Counted from the first letter of the stretch, positions 13,200 through 27,041 are shown. The stretch is DNA of 64,000 nucleotides from Octopus sinensis (GCF_006345805.1 NC_043003.1:50406001-50470000); one strand, 5' to 3'. A program made the numbers and translations. The notes: generated by a model not told the origin, from the letters alone.

Positions 13200-13800
13200 T
13201 TGTGTAAAAAGCCTGAAATTTGTGGGAGGGTGGCTAGTCGATTAAAACGTCTCCGGTGTTCAAATGGTACTTATTTTATTGATCTCAAAAGGATGAAGAG
13301 CAAAGTTGTCCTCAGCAGAATTTAAGTTCAGTCCGTAAAAATAGACGAAATACCTCTGAGCGTTTTTCCTGGCGAGCAAACGAACCTGCCACATCATCGC
13401 CTTAGATAATGATGATAATAATAATATTGGTTTCAAATTTTGGCACAAGGCTAGCAAATTCAGGGAAGGGGCTAGTCGATGACATGAACCCCAGTGCTCA
13501 TTTGGTACTCACTTTATCAACCCATGAAGGATACATAGGTAAAGTCCACCGCGGCGGAATTTGTGTTCGGATCATAAAGACGGACGAAAGGCCACTAAGC
13601 ATTTTCCCCGGCGTGCTAACGATTCTGCGAGCTTGCCGCCTTAAATAATAATAATAATCCTTTCTACTATAGGCAGAAGGCCTGACATTTGGGGAAGGCG
13701 GTTAGTCGATTACATCGACCCCAGTGCTCAGATCGTAAAGCCGGTCGAAATGCCGCTAAACATTTTGCCCAGCGTGATAACGGTTCTGCTAGCTCGTTGG
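13200..13800 (-). mobile_element. Three tandem SINE family B copies
   Basis: Reverse-complement heads near 13400, 13640 and 13795, and three tails of the aggcctgaaatttg type. Confidence 0.8.
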
Positions 13801-14156
13801 TTGAAAAAATGTTCAAAGGTTTAGAAGCAGATTTCTCTATTGAAGTAAAGTGCAAGTTAAACTAACTGTTCAAACTATAAAGACTGGCAAAATCATTTAT
13901 ATGAGCTAAAGGTATGTTTCTGCCAGTGTTTACATTTGTAAGATCGCTCTATAAGTGTATTAACTCGCTCGGCTATAGTTTTTAACAGGAATATTCATTA
14001 CACTGTCATCGGGTTTCTTGTGTTTTTTAGAAACAACTTTTGTAGAGAATGGTTATCGCTTAGAGAAACTGAGGATACGTCTAGATCACGCTAACCATTT
14101 AGATATGAAGCCAATAGTATTTGTCTAACATTGTTATATTACACATACAATATATA

Positions 14157-14210
<54 letters not shown>

Positions 14211-14214
<4 letters not shown>

Positions 14215-14420
14215 AAAAGTAAAAAGTGAAAAAACTACAGAAGCTTGTTTTAAAAGGTTAAAAAAATATATTTGAGTCATTATGTCAGAGAATGTTATAA
14301 AATGTTTTCATACAGTGACATAGTTTTATAACATTCTTCTGACATAATGACTCAAATATATTTTTTAACCTTTTAAAACAAGCCTTCTGTAGTTTTTTTC
14401 ACTTTTTACTATTTTCTATA
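14211..14420. repeat. Near-perfect foldback inverted repeat, about 90-bp arms
   Basis: Left arm aaaaagtgaaaaaactacagaagcttg...gagaatgttataaaa is mirrored by ttttataacattc...tgtagtttttttcacttttt around a loop of about 20 nt. Confidence 0.92.
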
Positions 14421-14457
14421 TATTCAACCACGTGCTTTCACACACCAACTTTCCACC

Positions 14458-14490
<33 letters not shown>

Positions 14491-14511
14491 ATTATATATA
14501 TATATAATATA

Positions 14512-14553
<42 letters not shown>

Positions 14554-15041
14554 GTATATGTATATATAGCATAATAAACAGTTATTAATAAAGGATTATC
14601 AGTTATTAATAAGAGATTTCTGTAATGGACTCCGACGATGATAACACTTCTTAAGGTCACTCAATTTTGTTTTACAGTTGATCAATTCCCGACTGAGTGA
14701 ACGGAACCATGAACGCACATATAATACACACCAGGAAACTACTGTAAGCCAAGATGCATCATTCTTCATTGTAGCTAACGGCTTTTATATATTCTGGATA
14801 CTCTTTTAGGAATTCTTCAAAGTGATTTTAGGATATGCTGATCCCACGAAGTGTACAATCGCGGAATGTTAATTCCGTTTGGATTTCGGAGGCTCTGATT
14901 GATTGATATAGTTAGCCAGGTTTGAATAACTACAGAGTGCTTACATGGCATCTTCCTGAAAATTTTAATCCCTATTACTTTGTATAATACATTACAGACG
15001 CGCACGCGCTCGTACACGCACACACACACACACAAACACAC

Positions 15042-17050
15042 GGGATCCGGACAAAAGCCCCCTAGGACAAAGGCCCCTCGGACAAAAGCCACTCGGACAA
15101 AAGCCACTCGGACAAAAGCCCTCAAACAAGAGCCTCTCGGACAAAAGTCCCCTAGGACAAAAGCTCCCTAGGACAAAGGCCCCTCGGACAAAAGCCACTC
15201 GGACAAAAGCCACTCGGACAAAAGCCCTCAAACAAGAGCCTCTCGGACAAAAGTCCCCTAGGACAAAAGCCCCCTAGGACAAAGGCCCCTCGGACAAAAG
15301 CCACTCGGACAAAAGCCACTCGGACAAAAGCCCTCAAACAAGAGCCTCTCGGACAAAAGTCCCCTAGGACAAAAGCTCCCTAGGACAATAGCCCCCACAG
15401 TTATAGTTTTAGGTCATATTTTCGTTTTTGGAATTTTTAGCTATCGACCCCAGAATTTGTTTTTACTTGTTGCAGTTATTAGACTGCAGTAGGCCATTCC
15501 GGACACCACCTTGCAGAAATTTTTAATGGTTGTATAGAACCCAGAATTATTTTTTAAGCTTGATCAAAACCACTTCTGTTATATAATTCATTTTTGTTTT
15601 TCGTTTTACTGGTTGCAGTAATTAGACTGTGGCCATTCTGGGGCACCACCCTGAGAAACTTTTAGTCGATTGTATCGACCCCAGAATTCGCTTAGAGGAT
15701 TTTCAACCAGCGCATGAATTTAAGCCTAGAAGGTGTCTCGATATGCTACAAATAACAGCCAAATCTCTTGAATTTTTTTATAACCCTCGTCGGTTTTATT
15801 CTTTGGTTATTCTTCGTTTTATTTTCTAAAAATCTTTTTACTTGTTTCAGTCACTGGACTGCAGTCATGTTGGGGCACTGCCTTTAAGAATTTTTAATCG
15901 AATGTATCGACCCCAGAATCATTTTTGGATTATTTTCAACCAACACATAAAGTTAAGCCTAGAAGGTCTCTCCATATGCTAGAAATAACAGCCAAATCTC
16001 ACAAAATTTTTTTTATAATATCTCGTAAACAAAAACGGAAATTGCGATTGTAAAAACTAAAAATTATTTTCCAAACTTCCAATTTTCAAGTAAACAAAAT
16101 ATATTCAATCGAAAAACGGTGTACTCACAATGGTATGTTTCGTGTGTTTCACTTATTTTCCTCGTTTTTAGAATAATTTTAAAGCTTGAAAATGAAAATA
16201 TATCAACCTTAACATCAATAATAGAATAACAGAACACAAGACTCATTACTACTCAATGTACAGATTGTCTGAATTCTAATAAAAGGAAAAGCATTTATTT
16301 CAAGAAATATGTAGAAACATAAAAACGATAAGAAGTACGTTTGAATGACTATATATACTCACATAAAATGGAAGTAAATATTACACATGTCCCTGACGTG
16401 TTTTTTTTTTCACAATAAACAGTATTTGCCATTTTTTATGAAGAAATACCCATTTCCCTATTTAGGCAAACGATAAGAGGTACGTTTGAATGGCTAGCCT
16501 TCTGTTACACCTTCAACGGCCAGAGAAAGTTCAAAAGGTCAACTTATTCTCCTTAATCTATAAGTGCTGAGAGAAGAAATCAAAAGACTTTAAATATATA
16601 TTTTAAAATGACTGGAACAAGTAAAAAGACTTTTAGAAGATAAAAATAAAAACAACTGAGAGGTTGATAAAAAATTTCAAGAGATTTGGCTATTAATTCT
16701 AGCATGTGGAGATACCTTCCAGGCTTAATTTCATGCACTGGTTGAAAACCATTAAAAAAAATTCTGGTGTTAATCCATTTAACTAAAAATGTTTCAAGGT
16801 GGTGCCCCAGTATGACCGCAGTCTAATAACTGCAACAAGTAAAAAGGAAAAAAAATTCTAGGGTGTCATTACGTTCAACAAAAATTTCTTCAAGACGGTG
16901 CCCCAGCATGGCCTCAGTTTAATGACTAAAACAAAGAAAGGTGAAAAAAAAAACGAAAAAAAATAATCGAAAAATATAACCGTGGGGCTTTTGTCCGAGG
17001 AGGTTTTTGTCCGTGGGGCTTTTGTCCTAGGGAGCTTTTGTCTTACACTC
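15042..17050. mobile_element. Non-autonomous foldback / Mutator-like element with modular TIRs
   Basis: 9-bp direct repeat CAAACACAC at 15033-15041 and 17051-17059, with G...C termini. A ggacaaaagcc array on the left is inverted on the right (16983-17045). Inner modules of about 230 bp are also inverted. Confidence 0.75.
15048..15396 (+). repeat. Minisatellite of about 15-bp monomers (ggacaaaagcccct[c/a]) with 106-bp higher-order period
   Basis: The variant monomer ctcaaacaagag recurs at 15121, 15227 and 15333. Confidence 0.95.
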
Positions 17051-17742
17051 CAAACACACACCCGCAAACAAGCACACACACATATACCTTTTACTTGTTC
17101 CAGTTAATAGCCAGCGGTCATGCTGGGACACCACCCCGAAGGGTTTAGCAGAACACATTGATCTTAGTACTTATGATTTTAACTGTCTGGTACAGTCACT
17201 CTCTTGGCGCTGACAGTTATGAAGTTTCGTATACGTCCATCTAAACAATTAGATCGAAGACAAAAATATATGTAACTTTCAATGCTGGCTCTAAATTCTA
17301 TAGACAATCTATGAAGTTGACTTTAAAATGAAAATAATGCACTACTAACGCAAAAGTAGAACACTATGTTGATTTATAGACCTTCAGTATACTTGCTAGT
17401 ATGTTATGGTTGCAAAAACGAAATACGGTGTCTCTACCAGCAAAGATTAATTTATATGCTCTACGCCGAGCAACTTTATTACATTCGTCGAAAATTTGCG
17501 AATGAATTATTACTTACTCTCCGAATGTTACAGGAATAAATGATCGATCGTTTCTGGGTTTTATTCGTGAAAATAAAACAAGATTTAAGTATCGTGTTCG
17601 TATATCATGTATGTTCTTTTATTGAGAATTGTCACAAAGGAATAAATTACATCGAGGTAAATACATTTTTAACAAGTTAAGAACACTCAAATACAGTAAC
17701 ATTCACTTTTTATTTAGTTCTAAAATATTTCAACATTATAGT

Positions 17743-17776
<34 letters not shown>

Positions 17777-18839
17777 AAGCTGATCACGAATGCACTATTC
17801 TAAATCACTTCAGATGTATAGTAGAAACTGTGTCATTGATTGACTCGGTCGCAGATGTGCTACGAAAGGCTTGACATTAAGAACTAAAGAAAGAGATAAT
17901 ATAACCGTTTTGTTTTTAATGTTACAGTATCTACACACGCATTCAGATAAACTCACTAACAAAAAACAAGAACAATTCCGAAAAATTCTGAAAGAACAAA
18001 TGATAAATTATTAGCTCCAGTGACACATCAACAACAACACTCACAATCAAGAAATAACAAAAAAGCAGACTGTCATAAAAGACATACCAAACGTTTGCTA
18101 TTGTATTCCGAGCATTTTCAGAAACATAATCTCTTAAGGATCTAAGAACCATATTCACACACATACACACACACACAACAATACACACACACGAACATAA
18201 ACAAAACAACACGTATATGCATGCATGCACTTAGTTATATATGAGTGTATGTATGTATATGTATATGCGTGTGTGTGTGAAAGAGAGAGAGAAAGAGAGA
18301 GAGCGAGAGAGAGAGAGAGAGAGAAAGAGAGAAAGAGGGGAGAGAGAGTGTGTGTGTATGTGTGTATGTGTGAGGGTATGTGCTTCACAAGGTACATTTT
18401 ATTCGTCGAATCGGGAGTGGGGACTTCATATTCCCGGAGAGTGCTCAACAACTAATCAGAATCAGTTGGGTCTATGACCAATATCTACGAAAGAAGCGAA
18501 CAGAATGTATCTTGAATATACCCATATAAGGATATATTCTGGAACACTTGTCTAAAACTGAATCTCCCTTGATAGATGTTAGTACAAACGTACAAACATA
18601 CATGCATACATATACACACACATATAGATAATCACACACATATTCAAATACTGACAACCATATATACTCGCACACATACATACACATAAGGATAATTAAA
18701 GAGATACATATCGACTGGTTTCATATAAGTGCTTATGCTTAACAATGTGCGCGTGCAAGGGTATATATGCTTGCGTGAGTATAACTTTATATATATGTAT
18801 AGATGCATGCATCTGGACACACACACACATACATACGCA

Positions 18840-18870
<31 letters not shown>

Positions 18871-18888
18871 CTTATATATCTGTATCTA

Positions 18889-18969
<81 letters not shown>

Positions 18970-19006
18970 GCACACACACACATACACACACGCACACACA
19001 CACACA

Positions 19007-19054
<48 letters not shown>

Positions 19055-19444
19055 TGTTGTAGGCACAACACAATACAGAGATGCTGAGAGAAAGATACAG
19101 ACAGATTGGTAGATCGATGGAGTCTCTGAGTATGTGTGCGTGTGTGTTTGTGTGTTTGTGTGTTTGTGTGTGAGCATGTGTGTGTGAGTATGTGTCTTTA
19201 TGTATGTGTCTGTGAATCTTAGGGTTTCTCTTCAGCTGTATATAATGCCTATTATACCAAAGAGTCCTCACGTCTATGCATGTTACTTTGCCTTGTAGAC
19301 AGAGCATTATATTAAAAAGTGTATATACGTATGAATCTATATTACTGTGCGTTTGTGAATACATTCATACATACACACACACACATACACACACAAATAT
19401 AGATAGATAGATAGATAGATTGAGAGACACACACAGAGACACTG

Positions 19445-19478
<34 letters not shown>

Positions 19479-19580
19479 CAGTGGGTACGTATACGAATTA
19501 AAGTATAGCTGCGTATATAGATATATTAGTAATCTTTCTGTATATGCTTACACACACACACACACATACACACACACACA

Positions 19581-19620
<40 letters not shown>

Positions 19621-19742
19621 TATAGATAGCTAGATTGAGAGACAGACACACAGACACTGACACACACACATATCAGTGTGTACGTATACGAATTAAAGTA
19701 TAGCTCTGTATATAGATATATTAGTAATCTTTCTGTATATGC

Positions 19743-19784
<42 letters not shown>

Positions 19785-20301
19785 ACACACACACACACGC
19801 ACGCACACACACACACACTAACACACACACACATATGCATGTCTGTATGTATATATCTACGCACGTGAGCAAGTAAGTGTATACATCTATAATGTTTATA
19901 TGTGTATGTGTGCACGCATGTATGTATTTATGTATACGTGTGTGAGAGTGTGTTTCTATATAAAAGGTTTATCCAGTTACATGGAAAGGCCCAGATATCT
20001 CACAATCTTAATACCGAGGCATTTATGTGCGTGTATGTGAGTGTGCGTGTGTGTGTGTGTGCGTATATATATGTGTATATGTGTGTGTGTGTGTCTGCGG
20101 GTGATGGCTTATGTATATAGACGAATAAAAATATTAGCATTAGTTACATAGCGAATTTATCTACCAATCTTTATGAGAAGGCATGCATGTACAAATACAT
20201 ATATATGCTTATATACATATGAATATTTATCAATATACGTATATACATGCATATATGTATATATCTATATATTCATCATATATATGTATAATATCTATAT
20301 A

Positions 20302-20353
<52 letters not shown>

Positions 20354-21072
20354 ATATATAAAGATATATATATATATATATACACACACCGATTGTACAT
20401 GTGTTTATATGTTCATATATGTATATATAGATATATATGTGTGTGTATGGGTGTGTGTGTGTATGTGTGCGGGGTGTGTTTGCGTTTGCGTATTTATGCA
20501 AATGCACAGAGCCATATTCTTGTAGATTATTCCCATCACTGCAGCAAAAGAGATCAGCTGTAATAGGTTCTCTTCGGCCTTAAATAATTCCCCAGTCATT
20601 AAAGGATTACAAAATGGTAAAGGATGGGACGGTGAGACGGTGGGGGGGGGCTGAGGAAAAGATAAAAACATAAGCAACAACAAGGGAGAATAAGGGAGAT
20701 ATAAACCTCCTCCTCTCCACCCTCTTTCTCTCTCTTCTCCTCTCTCTCTCTCTCCTTCAGAAGAAGAAAAGTGGGGAAAGAAGGAGTTTAGTTTTCTGAA
20801 GGATTTAGCTGTTTGTTTTATGTCAATATAGTCTTTTGCTGTGACTCTAATGGGTTGTTTTAAAACAGATACATAGATACATTATGTTTATTTAAGATAA
20901 GGATGTATGTAGTAGATATGAATGAATGCGTAGTATGCGTATGTTGAATACACCTACATATATCTAATATATATATATATATGTATATACATATTATATA
21001 TATAATATATATATATCTATATATATATATATATATACGTATATATATCTCATATGCATATATATATATCTC

Positions 21073-21105
<33 letters not shown>

Positions 21106-21389
21106 ATATATATATATATAATATTATGCTAGTGTTGCATTCTGTAACGTGTTCGTATTTGTAATGAGTTGCAGCCGTACCCGCGTCAGTGACCTTATCC
21201 TTATTGCATTACTATATCTGTGTGTGTTAGAGTGTATCTACGCATATGTACGTATGTATGTGTGTGTATAAACGCCACACAACATATATAATATATATGT
21301 ATATATATGTATATATATATGTATATATATGTATATATATATATGTATGTACATACATACATACATAGATACATATATATAGATATATA

Positions 21390-21427
<38 letters not shown>

Positions 21428-22125
21428 ATATGTATGTATATATGTATGTTATATATGTATGTATATAATCACACCACGTTACGTTTCTTGTTCGTATTCA
21501 ATATAAACTATTGCAAGATATTATATATTAATATACCTTACATAATAAGCATGGCATTATTTTAAACTCTAATGATATATGTGTGTGTGTGTATGCATAT
21601 ACATATATATATATATGTATGTATACGTATATATTGATATACTTTTGTTTATGTATGTACTTGAGTACGTATCTCTAGTAGCAGCAGCAGGTAGTAGTAG
21701 TAGTAGTAGCATATGTTATTGCTGCTGCTGTTGTTGTTTTCCTTTGCTACAAGACAAACCTAATCACACTTACACACAGAGCCGCGCGTGTGCACACGCG
21801 CACACATGCAAAAAGAGAGAAAAATATATAGCGAGTGAGTGAGTGAGAAAAAGAGAAAGAGACATAAATATATACCTATATATATATATATAGAGAGAGA
21901 GGGGGGAGTGCGGGGGAAGAAAACAGCAGAGAGATCCATCTCCCGCTGCATTCTATTATCAACAAACAAAGTTATTAATTTGTGAATAACGATTTTGAGT
22001 TAATTAAAATTTCTAGGTTCACTGCATTGTATATTTTTAACATTCTTACAATTCGAGTTACATTATAGATGAATATTAAGCTTTAACAGAAAGCTAACTA
22101 GCATATTTAATGTAATCATCTAGAC

Positions 22126-22345
22126 CGTTCTTCCTAACCTTTTCACAGTGGTTACCACCGTTTATTTAAATGAGTTTTCCCTCGGACCCTTTTAATGTAC
22201 TTATCCTTATATATATATATATATAATATAATATATTATATTATATATATATATATATATATATGTAATTTTGAATTTAACTCACGGACCCCAGTACTAC
22301 CTCTACAGACCACCAGGGTCCGCGGACTTCACGTTGGAACCCCTG
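22126..22345. mobile_element. Degenerate hAT/Charlie-type MITE
   Basis: Right end gtccgcggac...gttggaacccctg and degraded left end. Flanks atctagac / atctagaa (7/8) fit the Charlie TCTAGA target preference. Confidence 0.55.
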
Positions 22346-22432
22346 ATCTAGAACATGTTCTAGTTCATCTAAGTACTCGTGCTGTTGTGAAATGGAAAAA
22401 AGAACACATGGCTATTAGAACGCACACACACA

Positions 22433-22465
<33 letters not shown>

Positions 22466-23094
22466 CACATATATAGTATATCCAAATCTATGCTTCGCCG
22501 ATGAGGTCTTTTAATGTAGAAATACATCTGGAGTTGTCACAGCACTTGCCAAAAAGATCAAACTCACTTCCATATAACAACACATTCTCTGTTTTTAATT
22601 AATTCATTCTATTTTATTCAAATTTCGAAGTTGTTTTGCTTCAGCAATATCAATCATTTACCTATTGAGCTTTACCTCCTCATATTGAGTGTAATTATAA
22701 ATCATTATAACTTTGGGGATCATTACAGTAATTATAACAGCATCCACGCAAATCTCCCTAAATAAACCCCCTCCCTTCAACATAGTATTAATGGTATGTT
22801 GATTTCTTTATCTTCAGGTCAGCTTTAATCATGAAGGCATGTCACCGAAAGCCTTATCACCGCAACAAACTTGCCATTTCTTTTTTCTGGTAGGACTACA
22901 AAATTCAGTGAGCCTACTATTTCTCTAAAATAGTAGAATGCGATTTGTGAGAGACATGGCTGCTATTTCTGAAATGTAATTTTTACCACATAGAAGTTCA
23001 CTTGAAGTACCACGCGCTGCAGTTGTTGTTTCGCTTCAAGTCAACTCGGATGGGGCAATACTTCAATCAATTTCTAATATTATGCATACTAGAA

Positions 23095-23300
23095 AGGCGC
23101 CGAGCTGGAAGAATCGTCAGCACGCCTGATGAAATGCTTAGCGAATTTCGTCCGTCTTTACGTTCTGTGTTCAAATTCTGCTGAGATCGACATTGCCTTT
23201 CATCCTCTTGTGATCGATAAACAAAGCATCAGTTGAGCACTGGGGTCGATGTAATAGACTTAACACCATCCCAAAATTGCTTGCCTTGTGCCAAAATCTC
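23095..23300 (+). mobile_element. SINE family B
   Basis: ggcgccgagctggaagaatcgtcagcacgcc head with conserved body and tail. Confidence 0.85.
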
Positions 23301-23401
23301 TCCTGCAACTGCTGGCTTTTCGGAAAAATTTGAAATTAATAATATGCATATTATTGTTGACAACTGGACACGCACACCTCTACTCCCAACTTCTTTCTTA
23401 T

Positions 23402-23630
23402 TTCTTTATTTCCCACAACGGTCTAAACATAGAGGGGACAAACAAGGACAGACAAAGAGATTAAGTCGATTACATCGATCCCAGTGCGTAACTGGTACTT
23501 AATTTATCGACCCGAAAGGATGAAAGACAAAGTCGACCTCGGCGGAATTTGAACTCAGAAAGTAAAGGCAGACGAAATACTACTAAGCATTTCGCCCGAC
23601 GTGCTAACGTTTCTGCCAGCTCGCCGCCTT
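23402..23630 (-). mobile_element. SINE family B, young copy with alternative tail
   Basis: Reverse complement of ggcggcgagctggcagaaacgttagcacgtcgggcgaaatgc..., lying tail-to-tail with the 23095 copy. Confidence 0.9.
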
Positions 23631-24400
23631 CCAACTTCCTCTACTCCCAACTTCTGAAACAGCGATACATGTTGCAGACACCAAAGTCATCATACCAGTA
23701 GTATATAACACTGCGTTATATGTATAAGTAAATAAATAACTTAAATTCTTCAGATCCAGTCCATAGCATCTCGACTGAGCTGCATGCTGGAGATAAAGAA
23801 TCGTTGTTTATACATATATGCCTTTACATGGTCGGTCGACATTCTACAAACAGTAACCAAATGCAATTCCACAAATTAAAACTTACAATATCCGATGAAA
23901 CATTAGAGAGCGTATTGAGTACAGCGCCCACAGATGTATACAGGAATTAAAAAGGGCATAGCTAGAGTACTTTGATTAGGCCTGCTTTTATAAATGCTGA
24001 CCTCGGAATAAACTATAACAAAGATACTACTCGTGAATATAATCAGACAGAATATGTATTAATTAATATTCTATGAAGTGTTTATTTCACTCAAAACAAA
24101 ACCAAAATGTATTAATAATTGATTTACTGCTTGCCTGCTAGCATATTTTTTAGTATAAAAATATGCAGAATATATTTTCTGCTTATTTGCACACCCCATT
24201 TACAGCTGGCCATGAAAGAAGCAAAGTATCTCAGGTTTTACACAAACTAGATTAAAAAGCTGGTTATTCTGGTTAAACATCCTGACAGGAAATTGTTTAG
24301 GCTGAAAGGGGCGTGCAAGGTGGTTACATGGCCTGCTAATATTTTACTGACACTCATACAAGCATACGTTCATTGGAAAGTTTACATACACATATAATAT

Positions 24401-24462
<62 letters not shown>

Positions 24463-25297
24463 TAGATGATATACACAACACACATACACACGTACAAATA
24501 TACATGGTTTGTTGCTATGTGATTTGACCAAGGACGAGATCTAGAAGCAATAAAACGAATTTTTAAAGATTTTTTAATAGCTATTTCCAAGAATGTATTT
24601 ATGTATCAGAACAATGTATAAAAAAAGTTAGAGTCCAACAGTTTAAAGGGACATAAAACAACAACTTTATAAATAAAAAATATCTACAGTATATATCTTC
24701 ACAGTCCTACCAATACGTACATACTATCACATACATGCGTACATTTTGGGATTATATACACAAGCAAACAATAAACGTACTGTTTATGACAGTGAATATG
24801 CCTGCAACATAAAGCATCATATATATATATATATATATAATATATATATAGTATATATATATATATATATATTTTTATATGTATATATTATAATATATAT
24901 ATGTGTATGTGGCATGGTGTGTATGAATGTATATATATATGCATGTGTATATATATTTTATATATATATATGTGTATGTGTGTGTGTGTGTGTGTGGCGT
25001 GTGTGTATATATGTTTCGTATGTATGCATGTGTATGTGCTTACAGAATGTGAGCTTGCGTGATAAGCGTATATATTTGTAGATTTTATTGTGTGTGCGAG
25101 TGTGATTTTAGTAGATTCTTGGTTCTATATGTAATTCTTGTTTACAACTATCACTCCATGCCAAATACCATTCTTATCAATTCAAAATGCAGTAATACGA
25201 TACTTTGTACAACAAACATTGTCATAAACCAGACTGAAATACATAAAATTGATAAATACATTTGGATACTTCTACAGCCTTTCAAAAATAAGTATAC

Positions 25298-25462
25298 ATG
25301 CGCAGGAGCGGTAAGTATCTTGCTTACCAACCTCATGGTTCCGGGTTCAGTCCCACTGAGTGGCATCTTGGGCAAGTGACTTCTACTACAGCCTCAGGCC
25401 GACTAAAGCCTTGTGAGTGGATTTGGTAGACGGAAACTAAAAAAAGCCCGTCGTGTATATAT

Positions 25463-25514
<52 letters not shown>

Positions 25515-26172
25515 TATTATATTATATATATGTATGTCTTGTTAGTATATTATTATTATTATTGTTTTTGTATTTATATTCGTGTAACATCGTCTGTCTT
25601 TCTGTCCTTGTTTCGTATACATTCGATCCTTTTACCAAGAAACCTAATGCACGTATCTTGTTTTTCCATGGGGCTGGCCAGATTGGAGCAATATCAAGAT
25701 TAGTCAGCCGAAATTGCGAAGGTAATCCGGTTCTTGACTGAAGATTAGAGGCTTCGAATGACCCGATAGTGTTTTTTGTATCGTCTATTTGAATGTTTTG
25801 CGTTCTTGTCCCATTTTGTATTTATATATATATCTATATATACGCATGGTTCAGTGGTTAGAGCGTCGAGCTTACGATCGTGAGGTTGTGAGCTCGAATC
25901 CCGGACCGGGCTGCGTGTTGTGTTCTTCAGCAAGACACTTTATTTCACGTTGCTCCAGTTCACTCAGCTGTAGAAATGAGTTGCGACGTCACAGGTGTCA
26001 AGCTGTATCGGCCTTGCTTTCCCGGACAACATCGGTGGCGTGGAGAGGGGCGGCCGGTAGCATGGTGGCGACTACTGGTCTTCCATAAAACAACTGCCCA
26101 GACTTGTGCCTCAGAGGGTAACTCTCTAGGTGCAAACCCATGGTCACTCATGGCCGAAGGGGGGTCTTTACC

Positions 26173-26243
<71 letters not shown>

Positions 26244-26246
26244 ATA

Positions 26247-26281
<35 letters not shown>

Positions 26282-26555
26282 AATATAACTATACATATAT
26301 ATATAATGTATGTATGTATGTATGAATGTGTGTGTAGATGTTTGGTGTGTCTGTGTTGTCCCCGCCCCACATCGATTGACAACCCCGATGGTGGTGTGTT
26401 TACGTCCCCGTAACTTAGCGGTTCGGCAAAACAGATCGATAGAATAAAGTACTAGGCTTCCAAAGAATAAGTCCTGGGGGTCGCTTTGCTCGGCTAAAGG
26501 TGGTGCTCTAGCATGGCCGCAGTCAAATGACTGAAACAAGTAAAAGAGTAAAAAA
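25298..26555 (+). mobile_element. SINE family A split by nested insertions
   Basis: Head at 25298-25455 and tail half at about 26325-26555. Other repeats sit between them inside the internal (TA)n. Confidence 0.7.
25843..26172 (+). mobile_element. tRNA-derived SINE family C (CORE-like central domain)
   Basis: A box tggttcagtgg, B box agctcgaatcc, then gtgttcttcagcaagacactttatttcacgttgctccag...gtagaaatgag. Confidence 0.75.
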
Positions 26556-26688
26556 AAGTGTATGCCTATATATAAGGAAGCACAGGAATATATGTATACG
26601 TGTGCATGTATGCATGTGTGCGTGTATGTACGGATGTGTGCGTATGTGAGCCAACGTCTACCGTAGCTGATTGTCGCCTTTCAGTTAC

Positions 26689-26720
<32 letters not shown>

Positions 26721-26982
26721 TCCTTCCTTCTTTCTTTCTGTGTCTCCTGCGCATTGTGGTTAGCTCCACGTCTTAGCCTCGACAGAGTGACCTCTGCTCG
26801 TATAACAAACACATACTTTATTCTTCATTTCTCTCTTTACAGAAAACGATTTATTGATAGCACACAAACATGCGCGCGCGCACGCACGTTGTTATCATGT
26901 ATATGTGCTTGTGGGTCTGTGTGAGTGCTTTATCACCCAAGGCTCTACTCAATAGGAAGTTCATAAAGTAAATGTAGAGTTT

Positions 26983-27041
<59 letters not shown>

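Noticed and set aside
14817-15337. ORFs with RAFVRVAFV / TKAP repeats
   Set aside because: They are translations of the 15-bp minisatellite.
15048-15396. CRISPR-like appearance of the 15-bp array, and of the 19-bp array at 40471
   Set aside because: No unique spacers, contiguous monomers, eukaryotic context and no cas genes.
20526-20616. Possible plus-strand exon (cttgtag...G|gtaaag; IIPITAAKEISCNRF...)
   Set aside because: Short, no recognisable homology and no partner exons. Such site pairs are common by chance.
22818-22889. Possible 72-nt plus-strand exon with a good acceptor
   Set aside because: Weak donor, two open frames and no homology evidence.
25843-25915. tRNA genes (also the SINE-A heads)
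   Set aside because: The A/B boxes run straight into SINE bodies, and I could not build a complete cloverleaf.
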